A DNA stretch of 57,790 bases from a virus. Its lineage: Duplodnaviria > Caudoviricetes. The notes under the pieces were generated by a model. It was given only the letters and a program-made list of their open reading frames with translations. It was not told the DNA's origin and did no database searches. The stretch is from positions 1 through 57,790 of IMG/VR virus record IMGVR_UViG_3300033149_006504; one strand, written 5' to 3'. A program made the position numbers and the translations under genes. Below are positions 54,128 to 57,790 of this stretch, in pieces (within the stretch, counting starts at the first letter, position 1; each line of letters opens with the position of its first letter).

Positions 54128-54138
54128 TTATATAAGTT

Positions 54139-54336
54139 ATGGGACACTTAAAGGACATTAGCGAAACTTACTTAACTCATTGCCGACATGCATTGGCTTT
54201 GAGTTCTCGTCTTTTGATTGCCTCTGTTTGTCAAACATTCCATGCTTTCATTCCAGATGTTCATCCCCCATTTGGTTCAGATGTGAGATCTCTCATTTCT
54301 TTTCTGGAATCAAAACTACCGGAGAATAGAAAATGA
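54139..54336 (+). CDS. Small DUF6356-like protein
   Basis: HL....ETY..H...A......L..A.....HAF.P pattern. Confidence 0.5.
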   Translation: MGHLKDISETYLTHCRHALALSSRLLIASVCQTFHAFIPDVHPPFGSDVRSLISFLESKLPENRK

Positions 54337-56507
54337 AGAAATTATTTGAAGGCTTTCACCGCTGGGAGATCCTCACTGAAGAACAACTTCTTGTCGAGAG
54401 CATCCTTAAAGACGCGAAGAAAAAATATCCAAAATACGTCGACTTTATTAGCAAACTGAGCGAAAGAGACCCGTCTGGGAAAAATAAATACTTGATGTGG
54501 TCGTCAAAGCAGTTCGCAAAGATGGCAGAGGGGTGGGCCAAAAAAGCCGGCCATGAAGACCCCGTCGATGTCCCCCCTGCCGAACTCGCTGCAGCGGTAT
54601 ACCCAATCTATCAGGCGATCGCCGACACTGTCGATCAATTTCACGCCAACCATCAGAACCTAAAAAGTAAAAAGATATCTACGGATATCAACACCTACAA
54701 GACAATAGATCAAATCAACGATGTTTTAAAGAAACTCGGATTGACCCAAAAATTGCAGAGGGCAAAGAAGCGCGAGGCCGCCAAAGAGGGGGCAACGAAG
54801 CTTGATGAAAACGATGATTTTTGGATGATAAGGCCAGACACGACAGAAGCCTCTTGTTATTATGGCCAGGGCACCAAATGGTGCATCGCGGCAACCAAGA
54901 GCAAAAACTATTTCAAGCAATATACTGGCGAAGGCAAAGCTTTCTATATGATCATGATGAAAAATCTCGACCCCACCGATGCTGGCAGGATGATAACCTT
55001 ACAATATAATCGCTATATATATGGCGGTGTCGAACCTGAATTAATCTGGGACTGGCCAAATGACCCAATCAAGGAGGACGACTTTCTCGAACATGTTACT
55101 AAAAACATCATTGGAGGATATATCGCCGATTATGAAAAGGTTTATGAAGAAGTCAAAGAATTCGCCTCGGACCCAACGGATAAAAACTTAACGGAGAATA
55201 TCAAGAAACTCGCCATAGAGATGTTAAAGAGCGGCGAGTATGAAACAGAAATTGATGCAGACGACATCGAAACCCCGCAGCCCGAAGAACTCGCAGAAGC
55301 CATGATGGATACATTCCGAAACGCTCAAAATGGGTTATTTTACACCGCCTCCTCACATGCAGAGGAAAACCCAGCCGGGGCATCGGAGGAGGATTATCAA
55401 GAAATCCTGGCTGAGCACGATCTTCAGAATGTGCATGTCCGTCTCCACGAGTACGAGGAGGGATTCCACTACAGTGCCGATATGAGCTGGCAGCTGCCCG
55501 ACGACCTTACCTATGCTCTAGACGAAGACGGAGAGGAAACAGACTTCGACGACTGGTCTGGCGATATTGAGCAAATTTTCAGAGACATTGCCGATAATTA
55601 TTGGATTTACCCGGATGAAATATCTTTGGATAATTATAGCGGTGAGTCTAGAATTGACTTTCAAATATACCCCACAGATGCTTCCCCTGGTATCGATGGT
55701 TTCGATACTTGGTTGTCTGAATTCGACGAAGCAGATGGCAAATACCATCAAGTTTTAGAAGATGTGCTAGAAGAAATGGCAGAACAGGGGATCACTGTAT
55801 CTCCGGAAAACGAAGAGCGAAAGGACATGTTTGCAAAGCTACAGAAGCTCAAAAACTTTGAATTTAGCTTCGAAAAGGGAAAGGTATCGGTACACCAAAC
55901 AGAACCCTTTGAAGAGGAATTCCCCCTTGCTATCGCCATGGGAATTCCAGATTTGATTTTTCCTGAGCCTCGCCCGTCGGGAAGAGTCTATACCGACCCC
56001 CGATCGGATTGGATAAAGTGGCAGTTAAAAGTGGCATCAACAGCCTACGAAACCAGAACGGCTTTTCAGTATGCCCTCACAAATACATATAGCAAATGGT
56101 ATACTATCGCCCGTGAGGCTGAAAAACAAATGAAATTCCCGCTGGAAGAGGCTCGCTTGAGCCTTCCAGTCGTTCCTTCACCACTACGACCCGGTGAAGA
56201 TTTAAAGGGAGAGTTCGCTTCCTATGAAATTGACTTGGAGAACGGAGGAACAGTCGCCGGCCATATTGAGTTCTATGGATTTCTTCCAGATAGTCCCTTT
56301 ATAAATTATGTTTATTGGCTAGATAACAACCTAGAACTCTTTTACGATGCCACCACCAAATACCTTCTGAAACAGGCCGAAGAACGACATATCTCGAATC
56401 TAAATCAATGGCCAGAAAAATTCAAGACCGGCAAAGAGAGCGCCGTAACAGAGCGAGTTTCCTACAGGAAACTTTATGAAAATTGGAAAAGGTGGCCAAA
56501 GGAATGA
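54333..56507 (+). CDS. Large acidic hypothetical protein with ASCYYGQGTKWC motif
   Basis: 724-aa ORF with ATGA overlap; DPSGKNKYLMW, DINTYK and GTKWC motifs; function unknown. Confidence 0.65.
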   Translation: MKKLFEGFHRWEILTEEQLLVESILKDAKKKYPKYVDFISKLSERDPSGKNKYLMWSSKQFAKMAEGWAKKAGHEDPVDVPPAELAAAVYPIYQAIADTVDQFHANHQNLKSKKISTDINTYKTIDQINDVLKKLGLTQKLQRAKKREAAKEGATKLDENDDFWMIRPDTTEASCYYGQGTKWCIAATKSKNYFKQYTGEGKAFYMIMMKNLDPTDAGRMITLQYNRYIYGGVEPELIWDWPNDPIKEDDFLEHVTKNIIGGYIADYEKVYEEVKEFASDPTDKNLTENIKKLAIEMLKSGEYETEIDADDIETPQPEELAEAMMDTFRNAQNGLFYTASSHAEENPAGASEEDYQEILAEHDLQNVHVRLHEYEEGFHYSADMSWQLPDDLTYALDEDGEETDFDDWSGDIEQIFRDIADNYWIYPDEISLDNYSGESRIDFQIYPTDASPGIDGFDTWLSEFDEADGKYHQVLEDVLEEMAEQGITVSPENEERKDMFAKLQKLKNFEFSFEKGKVSVHQTEPFEEEFPLAIAMGIPDLIFPEPRPSGRVYTDPRSDWIKWQLKVASTAYETRTAFQYALTNTYSKWYTIAREAEKQMKFPLEEARLSLPVVPSPLRPGEDLKGEFASYEIDLENGGTVAGHIEFYGFLPDSPFINYVYWLDNNLELFYDATTKYLLKQAEERHISNLNQWPEKFKTGKESAVTERVSYRKLYENWKRWPKE

Positions 56508-57250
56508 AGCTCCTCATAGAACGCTGGCGCCAATATATAAAAGAGGGCGAAACGGAATATTTCCCATGGCTTAAAGGTATCCGAGAATCCGATGATCTGG
56601 GAAAACAACGAACAATCGCGGAATCTGATCTCTTTAAAAAGCTCGGCTCTGGATCTTTTCGCACGGTATATCAACCAGTTAGCGATCCTGATTATGTTAT
56701 CAAACTTATCCATGGCAATAGTGATTACGAAATGCAAATGAATAAAGATGATTTCGACACCGCTCTAAAATATCCTTTCATTTTTCCGAAGGCATACACT
56801 CATGCTGATGATTATTCTTGGGTTGTTATGGAAAACACATCACCCCTTACTAAATCAGAAGAGATGCAGCAAGTTCTGGACCAGTCCTTCCCCTCTGAAC
56901 AGAAAGCCCTATTGGGATCCCACACATTCCTGGCCGCGAATCCAGGACTCAATACTGCAGACGCATTTGGTATCATGAAGATGATTATGGATTCTTTCAG
57001 GTCTGATAGAGAGGAACTCCCTCTGAGCGGGGATACATCCGATAGCCTTGCCGACGAAATTCAGAAGATTATTGTTCCCGTGTCCGGACCTGCTTACCAG
57101 GAGCTAAGTAAAGTTATGCACGACTTCCCTATTGATAAAGAGGAGATTGGGAGGTACAACATCGGCCGGGATAAGAAAAACAATTTTAAGATTATTGATT
57201 CTTCGGTATTTGATCCGGATTTCGATTATAATCCCGAGGAGGAAGCATGA
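56504..57250 (+). CDS. Atypical protein-kinase-like protein
   Basis: Gly loop LGSGSFRTVY, VIK lysine, WVVME hinge, EIGRYNIG catalytic-loop-like segment and KIID. Start at 56504 by ATGA overlap. Confidence 0.6.
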   Translation: MKLLIERWRQYIKEGETEYFPWLKGIRESDDLGKQRTIAESDLFKKLGSGSFRTVYQPVSDPDYVIKLIHGNSDYEMQMNKDDFDTALKYPFIFPKAYTHADDYSWVVMENTSPLTKSEEMQQVLDQSFPSEQKALLGSHTFLAANPGLNTADAFGIMKMIMDSFRSDREELPLSGDTSDSLADEIQKIIVPVSGPAYQELSKVMHDFPIDKEEIGRYNIGRDKKNNFKIIDSSVFDPDFDYNPEEEA

Positions 57251-57790
57251 AACTACTACTTGAAAACTGGCGAGAGTATTTAGAAAAACTGAAGGAACAG
57301 CAGACCCCCAACAAAAGAAAAAATTTATACGATGATTATTATATAACTTATGATATCGACGGCCCCGATAGTGTTGATTCCCGTTCAACCGATGAGGTAG
57401 GGTATCAAGTATGCGATAGTGAAGACAAAATTGGAGGTACCGTTAGGTTATATACGGCCAATGGCGATAAAGTGATGTGGTTTTATATACATAAATACAG
57501 AGGCTGGCTAGGAATCCTTCACGATGTCGGCATGTGCAGTTACCAAGATGATGACTGTAAATACTGTGTGTCGGACCTTATCGACTACAAAATTATTACC
57601 GACGAGTTTGCGGACAAGGATTTATACAGCGGGCACTGGGATGTGGACGATGGCGAATTATACAGGAGCGACATCAGCGACTTGACAGCTGCCAAACTTG
57701 GGATAGCACTCAGGGAGTCTGTTTTGGCAATTCTTAAGGAGAAGCTCAAAGCCGAATATTATGTAATGGCCGATGCAACCCACCAGGGAT
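57247..57790 (+). CDS. Hypothetical protein, 3'-truncated (MKLLLENWREYLEK...)
   Basis: ATGA overlap with the upstream stop; the frame is open to the window end. Confidence 0.7.
   Translation, partial: MKLLLENWREYLEKLKEQQTPNKRKNLYDDYYITYDIDGPDSVDSRSTDEVGYQVCDSEDKIGGTVRLYTANGDKVMWFYIHKYRGWLGILHDVGMCSYQDDDCKYCVSDLIDYKIITDEFADKDLYSGHWDVDDGELYRSDISDLTAAKLGIALRESVLAILKEKLKAEYYVMADATHQG

Noticed and set aside
1-57790. Alternative genetic code, introns/inteins, DGR, tRNA genes
   Set aside because: Core genes are full length in code 11 with all three stops used. TerL, RecA, helicase and RNR show no obvious insertions. There is no reverse transcriptase, and no tRNA cloverleaf was recognised in the short intergenic gaps (a tRNAscan run would be definitive).

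Overview
This window is a single-strand (+) co-directional fragment of a large T4-like (contractile-tailed) bacteriophage genome using the standard genetic code. Positions 1-42.8 kb hold a virion morphogenesis module: terminase large subunit (5'-truncated), portal, prohead protease, scaffold, major capsid, neck, tail sheath, tube, tape measure and baseplate genes. Inserted into it are fibre/lectin-like genes, a ribosomal protein bS21 gene and a complete, rearranged YeaH-SpoVR-PrkA operon that is translationally coupled to the neck genes. Positions 42.8-53 kb hold a replication/metabolism module with consensus sigma70-type promoters: a minimal family A polymerase domain, a divergent tubulin/FtsZ-like protein, SSB, FKBP PPIase, RecA, a J-domain protein, 5'-3' exonuclease, DnaB-like helicase, class II RNR and GroES. 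The right end encodes otherwise unrelated proteins, one of them kinase-like, that share an N-terminal MKLLxExWxxYLxE-type leader, a candidate capsid-targeting signal. Non-coding signals include a recurrent ACTATTTAT putative late promoter, a candidate +1/-2 programmed frameshift in the tail-assembly gene, an H-type pseudoknot and a perfect 26-bp palindrome. All family assignments come from motifs read by eye; no database searches were run.
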